The notes under the pieces are model-generated. The model saw only the letters and a list, made by a program, of their open reading frames with translations. It had not been told where the DNA came from and made no database searches. Source: Eledone cirrhosa (taxonomy: Eukaryota). Taken from it: a stretch of 64,000 bases of DNA. Position 1 is the stretch's first letter, and each line of letters starts with the position of its first letter. The translations under genes and the position numbers were made by a program. The stretch is taken from contig OZ024743.1 in the NCBI GenBank assembly GCA_964016885.1, positions 313,286,001 to 313,350,000 of the forward strand. The letters are read 5' to 3'. This document shows, piece after piece, positions 25,350 to 39,496 of this stretch.

Positions 25350-28015
25350 ACCAGACAAAGAGTGAAAAATAAAATAGAAACGATGTTTCAAAACAGCACA
25401 ACCAGAACTCTTCAATATAAGCTGATCAACCTGAAACAAGAATCGAGAGCTGTCAGCGAGAAACTTCGATACCAGTAAAGGGTGGCTGAAAGAAAAATAA
25501 TTAATAGAAAATTCAGACGAAACCAAACAAAAATCTATAGAGATATGAAGGGCAAAGTATTAAATGTCACTGAGGCGTCATCCAAGTAAAAACCTTAGAT
25601 TTCTGGAGGAAAGTATGGGGTGAAAAGAAGAAATTCAACCAAGATGCAGTGTGGCTAAAAGAAATCCAAAATAACTACTGCCCCTACACTACAACAAAAA
25701 TTTATAGAATAAATGATGATACCACTGAGACTATGATAAGAAAACTCCAAGATAAAAAAACACCAGGAAGAGACTTGATTGTCGGCTACTAGTACAAAAA
25801 CCTGACATTCTATCGGATGTGATTTATCAACCTCCACCAGAAAGCTCTCAGGGGAAGTGACATTAGCACAAACAAAGACGCCCACTTGGCAAAAAATTAC
25901 CTATTGCATACCAGAATTACCTATTGCATACCAGAATTACCTATTGCATACCAGAACCTGATGTATAAAATGTATACAACCTGCCTGAACTTAGTTCTCC
26001 AATATCACTGCAACAGTAATAGCATCATCACAGACGAGGAAGCAGCTGGGAAGAAAGGTGTTTGGGGGTGTGTTGAACAACTCCTAATTAACAAAACATG
26101 ATATCAGAGGTGCGACAATTTAGGAGGAATATGGCTACAGTCAGAGTCGACTATGGGAAAGCATTTGATTCTGTTCCCCAATCTTATATGATAGAGATCC
26201 TCTGACTTGCTAAAGTTCCAGACATAATTATCAGAGCCATAGAGAACCTATCTTCTTCTTGGGCTACTATCCTAAAGTTAAACACAGAAAAGGTGAACTA
26301 TATTTTTACTGATAAAATAAAATATCACAGGGGTATATTTCAAGGAGACAGTCTTTCTGTGCTATTATTTATTCTTTCATTAAACCCCTTGTTCTTTCTG
26401 CTCAACAAATGTGAATGATACATAATTGGCTCACAGGGGGACAGAAATACTAATCTAACCCAAAATTTATTTGTGGATGACCTGAAACTCTATGCCAAGA
26501 ACATAAATGGGAGGAAGAAAAATCTTGATCTGGATATGACGTTCTCAAAGGATATAGGAATAGATTTTGGCAAGGATAAATGTTCATATATGATTGTAAA
26601 GCGAGGAAAAACTACAAGCCAATCTAGCAACATTTCTATCAATGGCTTAACTGTTTCCCCGATATCTGACGAGGGCTGCTACAGATACCTAGGGATAGAT
26701 GAGAACATATCCTATAATGATATCTGTAACAAGGACGCGTAACCTTGGCATATTACACCCGATTATGAAAAATATGGTCATCTAAAATCTCTGCGCACAA
26801 TAAAACAATGGCTCACAATGTGTTTGCTGTGCCTGACCTAACACCAACATTTGGAAAACTCAATTGGACGATAGACGAAATCCGATCAATTGATGTTGAA
26901 ACCCGAAAAATCCTACACGACACCGGAAATTTCCAACATCAATAGTGACATAGACCGCCACCATTTGAAACGTAAGCAGGGAGGCAGAGGCCTAACATCA
27001 GTCTAGACAGTATTTGAGTCTTGCATCATATCCCTTCGACAACATCTACGAGTCTCCAAGCGTAGGAGCCCATCTATTGAGCAAGTCCGTCTGCATGAGA
27101 CAGACAAGATCATGAGAGTTGGGAAGGAACTCCTTGAAAGATACTCCCTGCATGATAATCAAAAACTGACACCCAGGGAAATTGTCCATCAATACCACAG
27201 TGAATCCATGCATGACAAACTGCATGCTTATTAGCAAAAATTATGCATTGATATGTTGCCAGGAGGCCCCAGTTTGCGAGTAATATAGACCAACAACCTA
27301 TTGGCTCTCTCGTTGAAGGATATGCTTTTGCAATCCAAGAACACGAAATCAATACACAAAATACCTGATTCCCAAAAGAGATAGGGTGCAGGCAAAACAA
27401 CTAGATGTGATAACAAATTCAGGATGTAGTGGCCAAAAACACTATACAAGAGAATCCGTAGAAAAGATAGACCCGACATAATACCTACATAATACGAAAT
27501 ACTTACCTAATACGAAATAATACTAGTGGAATGTTCCAGTAAAAACCCCAGTAAAATACAACTATATCAGACCAGGTATGAGACAGGAAAAAGAAGGCAT
27601 GCACAGTAGTGGAAGTTAGCTGCCCAATAGATGCCAATATAATATTAAAGATTAGCGAAAAGGAGAATATCTATGCAGAACTAATGAGAAACCAGCAGAC
27701 ACTCCACCCTGACTATACCTTCAGATTTATACCTGTGGTTATTGGGGCACTGGGATATGTTAGTAGCTGCCGCAGTACAAATCGTGAGAATCTGGACTTC
27801 ACAGAAGAAACACGACTAGTTAGGAAATTACAAGTACAATCCATTAATGGAATAGTAAAACTAAATTCCAATGAAAAATTCTTGTGTCTATGTTAGAACC
27901 CGACTCTCTCTCTCTATTGGTAAAAATTTATAAAATTATAAATTCATAACATACATACATAAATACGTACATAAATACATAAATAACTACATACATCCAA
28001 ACATACATACACATA
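25350..28015 (+). pseudogene. Degenerate R4/Dong-like non-LTR retrotransposon (RT + restriction-like endonuclease) with (CATA)n-like tail, nested in hAT
   Basis: FWRKVWG, GCVEQLLIN, DYGKAFDSVP, RGIFQGDSLS, FVDDLKLYA, YRYLGI, RKQGGRGL, EVSCP, IPVVIGALG; tail 27948-28015. Confidence 0.85.
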
Positions 28016-28029
28016 CAAAGAAGCCGATT

Positions 28030-28860
28030 TAATGTTTGTTATTAGATAATACACCTATGTCATAATGAAATCGAAGTCATTGCTACAAGAAACTTTGAAC
28101 AGTGGGTTGAATTTTGTGGTCATTTTATTACAATTAGAAAGCGGCTTTATAGCTAAACATTTGCTTTCTTTGTTTAATGAAAAAAAAAAAAGAAGTGTGT
28201 TTTTTTTCGCGTGTAAATATTTCCCTAGGTGCTAAGACTTAAAATGTTTGAGGCTCAAATACAAGATTCAACTAAGGTTTTAATGGCTCTACGATTTCTT
28301 ATTGATCTCCTTAGGTATATTATTCTTATACAAGGAAAGAAACCCTCAGGAAGATTAGTATCTATGAACTCTCTCAGTGTAATTTTCTGAGCAAATAAAT
28401 TACATGAAAACTGAATTTAAACACAAGATAATTTCAGTCGTAAAATCTATAAAATGTTTCAATACCACTGTGGGTCTTAAACCTGTCAAACTCGCCATTT
28501 TACACATTTCAAAATATATTTATGAAAATGATGAGACCATAACAAAACTAACTTTCAATAGAAGAAACTACACAATGTATCTTGGGTTTGAAGTTTCTTT
28601 GTATTGAAATTCTTCCCGGGGAAATCTGTTGAAAGAGCTTTTCGATTTAGCCTTAAAACTATTGATTTTGTCTTATTCAAATGCTAATATGGAAAGAGTT
28701 TTTAGTATCAGGAATATTGCACATTCAAAATTGCTCAATCGTATGAATTTAAAAACGTTGAGAGAAATTTTACACGCAAAATATTGTTTAAATCATAATG
28801 ATAAATGCTGCTTTAGTTACAAATTACAGAAGGATATCTTGTCAACAAAATAGGAACGAT
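28030..28860 (+). pseudogene. hAT transposase remnant, C-terminal dimerization domain
   Basis: LALKLLILSYSNANMERVFS...KLLNRMNLKTLREIL matches the hAT C-terminal ERxFS motif. Confidence 0.8.
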
Positions 28861-31605
28861 AGAAGTATATAACCAGATAAAGACTTTGACAACAGATTCC
28901 TAATTTTGGAAGAGAGTTTTGATTTAGAATTCTTTGATTTTGATTTAATATAATGTACGTTAATATATTCCATGTTTCAAAGTATATTCTAAATGTTTTA
29001 GCAGCAATCATTGCCACCCAACAAAGGTTTACACGATATTTTATTTTTAGTTTTATCTTAGCGTCATTTTCAGCGTGCCATTAAATCTAATTTGGGCCTT
29101 TACTATTGAATATATTGGTATCATTGCTTACAAACTGTCATTGTTGCCCATCTCTTCTCCTCATTCTATAACTAAAGTATCTCGGTACGTAATCAATAAA
29201 TACTCCATCAACAAACGGTTGAAATTATGACTGATAGCACTTATTAATTAGAGGTGACGTAGAACATTAACGTTGAACGTGATTTATCACAATAGATTTT
29301 AATAAGTCTAGACAATTAAATTGGATAATTGAACCTAGACATTCGTTTAAGATATATATATGACTAAACAAAAAACGAAAGCTGCTGTTATTTAAGATTA
29401 GTTATTAATTCATACGAGACAAAACTTGCTAATGATGACATCAAAAAGCTCGACTAAAAACCGATAATTTAACCATTGTTTCTTCTCTTGAATCCTCATT
29501 TCGGAGTGTCTTGAGCATTTTAATGCCTGGTGGGATCCACAGCCGACTTCCACCATAGTGAAAGAGAGAAAGGTGGCTCCCACTCCAACAATTAACTAAA
29601 AAACGAATAAATCCCGATTGTTTTGAAGGTCATATTCATTCAAAATGCTTCAAAACCCCACAGAAAAAACACAAATTTCATCTGCAAAGCTAGATGAGTG
29701 TAATAGTAGAAATTTACCTATCTATCGAGTTTTGTCATATAATGTGATGTGCTAAACAAGGCTTAAATGTCCTATATTTTTATGGGTTCGATCAACCTTT
29801 CAAAACAGAAACCAAATCTCCCTCATACTCCAACCTATCGTTTAATAAAAGTGCACATCGGATAATATATTCCGGGTTACATTATATCTACAAACAAAAT
29901 TAGATGGATGGTATTTATAGCCATTTCCTCTACTTACTTATTCAGCCAGATCTCCCCTTCGTTATCCTGTCTCCCTTTTTTCATTAATTAATTTTGTTTT
30001 AATCTTTTTGTTTCATATTTCCATCATTGTATAACATCTTTTTGTAAAATACAGTTGACATAGTATGTTTATGTATAACAGATAACAAAATGGAATTGTT
30101 TTGATCACAGAACTATTCAATTAGAGCCGAGGTAGATCTAAACAACAACACCAACATCATAATCAACAACAAAATAGCTTATATCTCCTCTACCCATTGC
30201 ATTAATACAGTCTTTCCTTCCCAAGAATTCCTACCATTGGAAATTCCTTTCATATGTTTGTTACTATTAAGACAAAGTTCAGCCCTAAACTGGTGGGAGT
30301 TATTCCGGTCTTGAGATACATGTCAGCTAGTAGAAGGTGTTCTCGCCTTGGCAATCTAACTTTTAGATATTACCTAATGTGTTCTTTCTTCTTTTAAACC
30401 ATCTGGGTATAATTTAGTAAATATTTGGCTGCTAATTCTGAAAGGGATGGCGACCACACAGACTCTCTCGTTGCTTTATAATTCATACGTTACATATTCT
30501 TTCTACTTACAAGCATTAACCGGAATGAATTCCAGAAAACTCTCCGTGTTATACACATCATACTGTCTCTTCGTACTTAAAAAACAAAACAGAAGCCATA
30601 TTAATCTATTGTATTTTTCCTTTTAATTCTGCTTCACCGACTCAATGTGTCAAGGGACACAACATCCTCAGCAATAAATTAAATGATATGCTCGGAAAGT
30701 TCTAATATCGGTTCTTTTGCCAACGTTAACGAATCTTATAAATATATAAGCAGATGATGTGTGAAAACAAGATAATGTATATGAAGAAACAACAAAATGA
30801 AGTCTTACCAAGCAATAATTAAATCAAAAAAATTGCATTGTGTTTGAAGCAGACTATAGTTGTTTTGGCCTGTCTATTATTAAAACACTAAAATAGTTAT
30901 TAATTATAGGAAGTCTTTATTTAATTAAAATCTATGGAAGTAAAAACAAAAACAAGAGAGAGCAAAGCAAAACATATCAGTACTTTGTCAATTATTTTTA
31001 AATAAAATTCCTGCTCTTCTAATTAATTTAAAGTAAATTATTTTTACGACAAATAATAGTTTGTGAGTCTTTAGGGAGATATTTCGCTAGGAGAAAATAA
31101 AAAATAAAAGTAGAATATTTATTTGTTATTTACTTCGTAAACACTTTATAGCGTGGCAGCTGGTTTAACAAAATTCTCATTTAGAAATAGTAAAGTTAGT
31201 TTCTATCATAAATACAAGACACAGTTTTGGAGGATATTGATAAAAGCTGATTGAACCAGCTTTTGTCAGTATCCTGCAGGTATGTATAAATTTTCAATAT
31301 ATATAATACCAACTTCGTTTCAGCATATTAATATTACAGCAAATATTTAACCAGGAGAAGAAATTACATTAACATTTCTTAACACTATTCACACAACAAA
31401 TAATTAATGAAAAAAGAAAATTAAAAATTAAAACTAAAACAATCTTTAGTAAATTTAGATTAACAACCCTCACAAAAATGGGTATCTCGCTTTGTATTAC
31501 AACGACAGAAAACAAAACTACTACTTTCAACTGAGCCTATCTTCTTAAAATATTGGCAATCATGACAAGACCGTCACTTCACGTAGTGCTATTTTCACTC
31601 CAATT

Positions 31606-31679
<74 letters not shown>

Positions 31680-31718
31680 GATATTAACAAATGGAAACTA
31701 TATTTATAAAACCATATT

Positions 31719-31783
31719 TATTTCATTATACATATTTCAAGGATACCAAGTTAAATTATGGCATGCCTTCATCAGACAAAATA
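31719..31783 (-). ncRNA. Minimal type I hammerhead ribozyme in the pLTR (inverted copy 35409-35469 has a deletion in GAAA)
   Basis: UAUUUUGU-CUGAUGA-AGGCAUGCCA...UGGUAUCCUU-GAAA-UAUGUA-UA-AUGAAAUA. Confidence 0.75.
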
Positions 31784-33379
31784 CAATATATACCAGTTTT
31801 ATAAATAAACATTGACGTACCCTTTTCAAAATGCGACCGTTACTTTTGGAAGACATCAGGATAGTGGTTTGTTTACTTTAGTAAGTCATAGTCTTAGAGA
31901 TAAGTAAAAAGACGGAGAGAGAGAGAAACGTGTAGAAAAAGAAAGGGAGAGATAAATAAAGAAAAAGAAGAAAGAAAAAAGAAAAAAGAGAACAGAGGAA
32001 AATAACAAGGAGATATCAAACCACCAGACAGAGAGAAAAAAACTCAAGAGAGAGACATATAGAGATAGAGAGAGGGGGAGAGAACGAAAACCTTAAGTCA
32101 TGTCATATTAAGTTGAGTTAATAATTGAGATGAAATGAATAAATAAAATTAGAAATCTTAATATTCATGAATGGAATATACATATATAATATGAGAGATT
32201 AATCAGTGTTTAATTATGATTAGATATTTAGTTTAAAAATTGAGATCAATATATTAAAAATTGGAATTTAAACATTACAAAATATATATATTGCTAGAGA
32301 AATTACCTATCGTATAGCACGTACATATAGGCAAAGATACATACATATATATATACACACACACTCAGAAAGTACACATTATATCTACTCCCGCATATAA
32401 TATATACATACAAAGCATAAGTGATTTTTTTTATTACTGCTATACATTCCTTGTGTTATTAAATAAAAATCTTTAGTATATATATATAAATATATAGGAT
32501 TAACTTTCATGCATTTATGGCTGTTAAATTATGCATATCTGCAATCAAAACTGCATGGGTAAGCATGTACATGCACACTCATAATTCTTAGCTATACATA
32601 TATAAATATGTGTGTGCATCTTCACCCAATTGGTAGACACGCGTCACTCATGCATATACACAGACAGACATATAATCATAAAAAAGCATATAACACATGT
32701 ATATGTATGTTAATACACATATATAGATACATAGTCGTATAGAGATAAGTATACATCAATATATTACATAGTACAATAGGATTATATTTTGGAAATATAA
32801 TTATATCAATATAACTTAAAAGACAAACGAATTCTACAAATATCAAAATACTAAAATATTTTAAAATATTATAGAATATTTTAAGTTAAAATAATATGTT
32901 TAATAGATTTAGTATAGAAATTTATCTTACGTATATTTTAATCAAGATATTGAAAGGATAAACTTTTGAAAATTATGAGAATCTATCAGAATAAAAGCAA
33001 ACCTAATAAAAAATAAATAAAATATTATATCAATATAACTTAAAAAACAAGGATTCTACAGATATCAAAATATTAAAAAATTACCAAATTTTAAAATATT
33101 ATAGAATATTTTAAGCTAAAATAATATGTTTAATATATTTAGGATAGAAATTTATCTTACGTATATTTTATTCAAGATATTGAAAGGATAAACTTTTCTA
33201 GAATAGTTTATTATATCTATATTTATATTTGGAAGAAAATTTATACTTGAGTATTTAACCAAAGAAAATGAAAAAGGTGAAGGAATCTAATGATTTATCG
33301 ACAGGTTTCATATATTAACCAAATTACTTAATTAATTAAACTACATTTTAAATTTATATTTATATTTAAACGTTGAGTT

Positions 33380-35023
33380 CTATCTATGTCTGCAGCAACT
33401 GAATAAATTATTCCTTAAATTAAGGGAATTTTTGGTCTTTAATATAAAGAATATTTCCTCTATACAAAGATCACAATTTTCTGAAGAGGAATTAAAAGGT
33501 GTAGCTTTTGAAATAATATTCCAAATCAGCGAATATTCAACATTATCTCGTTTTAGGTCCCATAATAGGCTAGATAGCGAAGTTGAAGATTTTTTGTTTG
33601 GATCTTTAAAAGAATTTTTATGATTATTGAAGCGGGATTTAAATTCTGTAGAGGTAGAACCGACATAATTAAATGAATTTAAATTAGTTTTAACATTACA
33701 ATTATAAACTACATTTTTAGCTAAGCAGTTGTTATTTAACGGACAGTTGGATTTATTTCTACAGTTACAGTTATTCGATTGAATATTACTTGGGTTATTA
33801 TTGGTATTTTGGTTAGGTTTTAAATTTCTATTATTAATTCTATTAATATTTTGCGCTAAATTTTTGGTGGAAGAGTAAGTTAATTTTATAGCATGTCTAT
33901 TAAAAATTGAGTAATATTTATGTGTTCTAGGGAAGCGTTTGTCAAGAGCTTTAAAGAATAGTTTAGCAATAGGGGTTTTAATATTAAGTGAGAAAGGAGG
34001 AGCGAACCATAATATATTCCTAGTTCTATTTCTTTTTCGGCTTTCGGAATTATTGTAATGTTTTCTATTATAGTTGTTAAAATTTTTACCATAATTAAAG
34101 TTGTTATTATTTTGCTTATTTTGTATATTATTATTATTATCGATGTATTTAATTTTATTTCTATACCCCGCTCTACCTAACACTTCGTTGTAATAATGCG
34201 CTTTTTCATCAAATATATTCTTATTAGATGAAATTCTTGAAATTCGTTCTTGAACAGAGTTCACTATAATATTTTTAACGGATCTGGGGTGATTAGAGTT
34301 AAAATTGACATAATTTAAGTTCTCATTTAGTTTGTGAAATGAATAATGAAGACATGTGTTGAGATTTAGTGTTACATCTAGAAAATTGACTATTTTATGG
34401 TTATTCTCTATTTCTACTTTTAGATTAAGGTAATTAAAAAATTGTTTAATTTGTTTTCTTTTTCTATTTAGTTCACAGCTATTATTTTCTATAAGTAAAA
34501 GCATGTCGTCACGATATAAGCCTCCGGTTACACCTGGTATTTTTCTATGTAGAGAATTAATTATAAATAGGCCCACAAGGTCCGTTATCTGAGCTGAGTC
34601 AGAAGATCCCATAGTTATGTCGAAATTATTATTTCTATCTGCCCTAGTCCAGAGTTGGTTATTAAATTCTATTAATGTTTTCCGTGCCGATAATATAATG
34701 TGCATTTCATTGCTAGTTAGGTCTGTATGTTTAAATGCGTAAGTTAGTGCCTTATTCAGTAGATTAGGAGTGATAGATGAGTAGTAGTTAGCAATATCCA
34801 ACTGAATAAACTTATTATTATAGTTATATTTAATTTCTTTAAACCAATTGATAACCTCACTAGTCCCTTTCCATAATATTAAGTAAGATAAATTAGGTAA
34901 ATTCTTAATTTGTTGTATTATTCTGTCTAGAATATTTTTGCTAAGTCTGCCCAGGTCAGATTTAGATGGTGCAATTAATCTGACTGGTAAATCATTTTCA
35001 AAGTTTCTTTTATGATCCTTCAT
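33380..35023 (-). CDS. Penelope-like RT + GIY-YIG endonuclease (uninterrupted 547 aa, N-terminally truncated; Hydra-type Cys motifs)
   Basis: KDHK, VRLIAP, LDIANYYSSI, ITMGSSDSAQITDLVGL, GLYRDD, NFLDVTL, CNCRNKSNCPLNNNC, VVYNC...YVGST, CDLC...CCRH. Confidence 0.93.
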   Translation of the reverse strand: MKDHKRNFENDLPVRLIAPSKSDLGRLSKNILDRIIQQIKNLPNLSYLILWKGTSEVINWFKEIKYNYNNKFIQLDIANYYSSITPNLLNKALTYAFKHTDLTSNEMHIILSARKTLIEFNNQLWTRADRNNNFDITMGSSDSAQITDLVGLFIINSLHRKIPGVTGGLYRDDMLLLIENNSCELNRKRKQIKQFFNYLNLKVEIENNHKIVNFLDVTLNLNTCLHYSFHKLNENLNYVNFNSNHPRSVKNIIVNSVQERISRISSNKNIFDEKAHYYNEVLGRAGYRNKIKYIDNNNNIQNKQNNNNFNYGKNFNNYNRKHYNNSESRKRNRTRNILWFAPPFSLNIKTPIAKLFFKALDKRFPRTHKYYSIFNRHAIKLTYSSTKNLAQNINRINNRNLKPNQNTNNNPSNIQSNNCNCRNKSNCPLNNNCLAKNVVYNCNVKTNLNSFNYVGSTSTEFKSRFNNHKNSFKDPNKKSSTSLSSLLWDLKRDNVEYSLIWNIISKATPFNSSSENCDLCIEEIFFILKTKNSLNLRNNLFSCCRHR

Positions 35024-35609
35024 ATTAATCTTAGGTTTAATGATCCTTCATATTAATCCTAGTTCATGCATTATACAAGAGGCATCTCTATTCAGTTTTT
35101 CAAGTTCGTCCTTATTTGCTACTTTGTATTTCTTCCTTAGTTCCTTCAATATTTTTTCTCTCTGTCTGGTGGTTTGATATCTCCCTGTTATTTTCCTCTG
35201 TTCTCTTTTTTCTTTTTTCTTTCTTCTTTTTCTTTATTTATCTCTCCCTTTCTTTTTCTACACGTTTCTCTCTCTCCGTCTTTTTACTTATCTCTAACAC
35301 TATGACTTACTAAAGTAAACAAACCACTATCCTGATGTCTTCCAAAAGTAACGGTCTCATTTAAAAAATGGTACGTCAATGTTTATTTATAAAACTGGTA
35401 TATATTGTATTTTGTCTGATGAAGGCATACCATAATTTAACTTGGTATCCTTGAATGTATAATGAAATAAATATGGTTTTATTTATATAGTTTCCATTTG
35501 TTAATATAGTATATCTACTCCAAATACTTGTTGAGTGCTTTATATCAGTTATAAAAATATTTGCTTGTTGTATCCCAACAATTTAAATAAAACTTTTGCA
35601 TATATATAT

Positions 35610-36423
35610 TTGTTTATTTACATGTTTCTGGTTGGTTGTTTGTTCTATGTGTGTGTGTGTTTTCATTTTGTCCTTAATTGTAAGTTGTGATGTTGCTATT
35701 CCATTCATGTTTTCTATTTAATTTTGGTTGGAGATCATTTATGTTTATTGCCTCTGTGATTTGTCTAAACATTGCGGCTTTTCTGTGTGTAGATTCTATT
35801 TTTATTTCTATGTTCTCTAATTTGCCCTTATGTTCTATTTTAGCATGTTGGTGGAGTATTGAGGATCATCAATGTTTAGACAAATCAGAGGCAATAAACA
35901 TAAATGAACTCCAACCAGAATTAAATAGAAAACATGAATGGAATAGCAACATCACAACTTTCACTTAAGGACAAAATGAAAACACACACACACACACATA
36001 GAACAAAAAAACAGCCAGTAACATGTAAATAAAAAAATAAATAAACAAATAAAAACAAACACAGACACCCGGATGTAACACATGCGCAAACTAAGCACAC
36101 AACACACACAAAAACAAGATGGCGTAGGACAGAACAAAGGAGAGGCACAAAACAAAGAAAAGAATCCCCAGTCACTGAAGAGGTCACAGAATGTGTGACG
36201 AAAGAACTTTGACAATATATGAACAACCATCCGGTTATGGAACCAACCAACCAACCGGAAATTTATAAATTCTTAAATTAATAAATTTAATTTATAATAA
36301 ATTGGAGTGAAAGCAACTGGTGCGTGTGATTCTTATTGGCAACATGACCCTCCCAAAGTATAACAATATCGGTTTCAACACACGTTTTCAGATAAAGAAT
36401 CTTGCTAAACAAATTCAGAAACG

Positions 36424-36425
<2 letters not shown>
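35610..36425. mobile_element. Family D PLE 3' end, head-to-head (GIY-YIG tail on both strands) with pLTR and HHR 36171-36213(+)
   Basis: EAININELQPELNRKHEW; GUCA-CUGAAGA-GGUCAC...GUGAC-GAAA-GAA-CUU-UGAC. Confidence 0.85.
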
Positions 36426-36480
<55 letters not shown>

Positions 36481-36696
36481 ATAAAAGAGAAAACACAGGT
36501 AAGCATTAAAAAAAGGATTTTATCCAGGTATTTACGACCGTTTCATTGGTAAGTGCAACCTTATATTGCTATACTGCAAATAGCAGCCACTCAATAATAA
36601 TAACTGTGGAGTTACCCCTAACCATACGTTGAAACCGTCCATGGAACTGGCTGTCTTAACCACGAACTGGATTACAATAAGCAATTTTCTGCTTCC

Positions 36697-36769
<73 letters not shown>

Positions 36770-36773
<4 letters not shown>

Positions 36774-37035
36774 TACATTGGGAGGGTCATGCTTCCAATA
36801 AAAACTCACGCACCTGTTGGTTTTCACTTCAATTTCTTATAAGTTTCCGGTTGGTTGGTTCGATAGCCGGAAGGTTGTTTATATATTGTCAAAGCTCTTT
36901 CGTCACACATTATGTGACCTCCTCAGTGACTAGGTTTTTATTTTGTGTCTCTCCTTTGTTCTGTCCCATCTTGTTTTGACCCTGCCAAAGTATTACAATA
37001 TCTGTTTCAACACACGTTTTCAGATAAGAAATCTA
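36770..37035. mobile_element. Family D pLTR fold-back with HHR 36888-36930(-)
   Basis: Reverse complement GUCA-CUGAGGA-GGUCACAUAAUGUGUGAC-GAAA-GAG-CUU-UGAC. Confidence 0.8.
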
Positions 37036-38030
37036 GCAAAACAAACTAAAAAAGGAATTATATATTATACCTATTAATTGTATAAGACAAATAATGTTAT
37101 AAGAAACTATTCACAAAATTAGATAAAGAAATTAATTATTAATTGTTAATTATTAAACTAAAGTATCATTACACATAACAATATATATCACTATATGTGG
37201 CTAGAACTTCAATTAAAACATAAAACAACCGGTGCTTAAAAGTCACTGACAACATCGAAATATAACTTAAAGAAGCACTGTAATAAATCGGGATTTAAAT
37301 GAAAGATCAAGTGAAGTCAGTGGAACATTTCTACTAATTTTCAAGGCTCTATGGATTTATTAACCACTTTTCAGCTTTTTAAATGTCTTAAAAATAAAAA
37401 CTCTTTTCAGATTTCTGTTTTTTTGTTTTGACATCAGAAATTAAGAGTATCGTCAAAGAAGAACAATTCAATTTCTACTACTATGACACTTTCAGTCGTT
37501 AATCTTCCCCCATTTGTTCTCTTCATTTTATCTGTCAAGCATTTAAAACAGCAGGAAAACAACTCCCTACAAATCTACTGACCTTGTCGAATTCTAATCC
37601 AAAGAGGAACAACCCAGATTCTACGGCTCTGATAGTATCGACATCCCACTTTCAGTCGCTACTCTTTCACCCTATACTCCTATTCCCACCCACCTCACGC
37701 TTTCTACACAGATACCTAATCAAAAACTGTGTACACCAGTTATAATATTACAGTACTTCTCTGAAGAAGTTTAGCGAAATACCAATTCGCATTGTAAAAA
37801 CATCATAGCTGTTTTGTAAAAATTTGATAAACTTTATATATATATATATTTATATACAGGGCCAGGTTTTGACCCCGGTACTTCAGGTTTGGGGCCCCCC
37901 CATACACAAAAAATTAGAATACACAACAAACCCCAAATTTTACATATCAATGTCGGCTTGGTGCAAGTAATTGGAATTGAAAAGTTATACATACAAGTAT
38001 TAAGTTAAAAAAAATCTAACCATCCTCGTT

Positions 38031-38117
38031 TTACATCCAATTTCTACACTGTTTACATCCAATTTCTACACTGTTTACATCCAATTTCTACACTGTTTAC
38101 ATCCAATTTCTACACTG
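38031..38117. repeat. 22-bp tandem repeat x4
   Basis: TTTACATCCAATTTCTACACTG repeated. Confidence 0.9.
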
Positions 38118-38449
38118 GCATGTGTTGGATAGGTTGTCTCAGTCTGAGACTAAACATATCGGAGCGACCTTATCTTTCTCATACATTACATATTTGGCAT
38201 CGTTTCTATGGCTGGATGACCTTCCCAATATAATCATTTTCCTGTGTTTATTGGGTGCATTGTTTTTGCGATACCAGCACAAGAACTTTACATTGTATAT
38301 TCAATAAAGACATCAATACAAAGTTTGATGAATTTTACCAGTGAGGACATTAAATACTTTTTGTTAAAAATATAGTCCTCGTTGTCAAAGGGATAAAACT
38401 AAAAAGCCTAGCAGAGGGCACAAATACATTACCACGGCCGTTGCATAAG

Positions 38450-38482
<33 letters not shown>

Positions 38483-39134
38483 ATGTGTGTGTGTGTGTGT
38501 GTAAGTCTGTGTGTGTGTGTAAGTGTGTATGCTTTTATACATATTTACATACACAAAATTATATGTATTTAATCAGTATATATGTATATATATATATATA
38601 CCCACATATAAAACGTATGCGTGTATATGTGTGTGTAGGAAAATCTCGAGGGAGAGGGTTAAAGCGAGAACAATAGTCTCTGCAATCATATCTGTATATT
38701 TGTGTGTGAATATAAGCGTATATTTCTGAATCCAAGTAGGAAGGAGTAAAAACTTGATTCATAGAAATAAATACATAAGCAAATAAATAAATAAATACAT
38801 TATTTATTAATGGAATTTTGAATTAGATTATGAAATATTTCACTAGAAATATTATAAATCAAAGACTACTTTAATTATTTTAAAGTATAAATTTAATTAA
38901 ACTCTTCTAATCATTGTTCATAGATATTGCCTTCGCTTACATCATTATTCCCAGCCGCATCTTTAGGAAAAGATATCGATAACTTAATGATGTACTAAGG
39001 CAATATATTTCATTGCTATATTATTAAGCTTGTAAACAATTTATGTTATGGCAATAGATTGGCAAAAATGGCTGACTGCGTTCTAAGTTCAAATCCATTT
39101 ATCATCATCGTTCCACTGTAGCAGCAGATGGACA

Positions 39135-39496
39135 TACCCTTGGTATCAAATAATAGGGTGGGGGATTGGAATAAGTGCGGGTAGTGGGGTGGACATTTAC
39201 TTAAATTCTTATAAGCGGGTGGGTTGGAATAAACAGGGTGGATTGGTAATTATATAGTGTATGTTTGTAAATAAGGGATTTCTTGTAATGTTCCTTTTTT
39301 TGTCATATATAATGTTTTTTAATGTAAAATAAAATTATTATTAGATTGTCCAGCTTCTTATCAATATAAATCACTTACAATCAAATTTCGAAGGAGATAG
39401 ATTAGCAAAATATAATATACAGGATGGGATGGTGGAAAAAATCTAAAAAATTTATAAACGTGGGAGGGGGTACGATTATTCAAGACCTTAGAGTAA
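39135..39496. mobile_element. Possible MITE with imperfect TIRs
   Basis: TACCCTTGGTATCAAATAATAGG vs reverse complement of right end TACTCTAAGGTCTTGAATAATCG. Confidence 0.4.

Larger units (their letters stand above)
31680..35600 (-). mobile_element. 5'-truncated Penelope-like element with long AT-rich 3' UTR, terminal repeat 31680-32042 and inverted copy 35153-35507 plus ~95 nt extension
   Basis: ~360 bp inverted repeat; (TA)n at both ends; internal ~245 bp direct repeat 32800-33197. Confidence 0.92.

Noticed and set aside
29050-31600. Possible host exons in the largely unannotated AT-rich stretch
   Set aside because: No ORF of 60 aa or more and no recognisable coding or structural signal by eye
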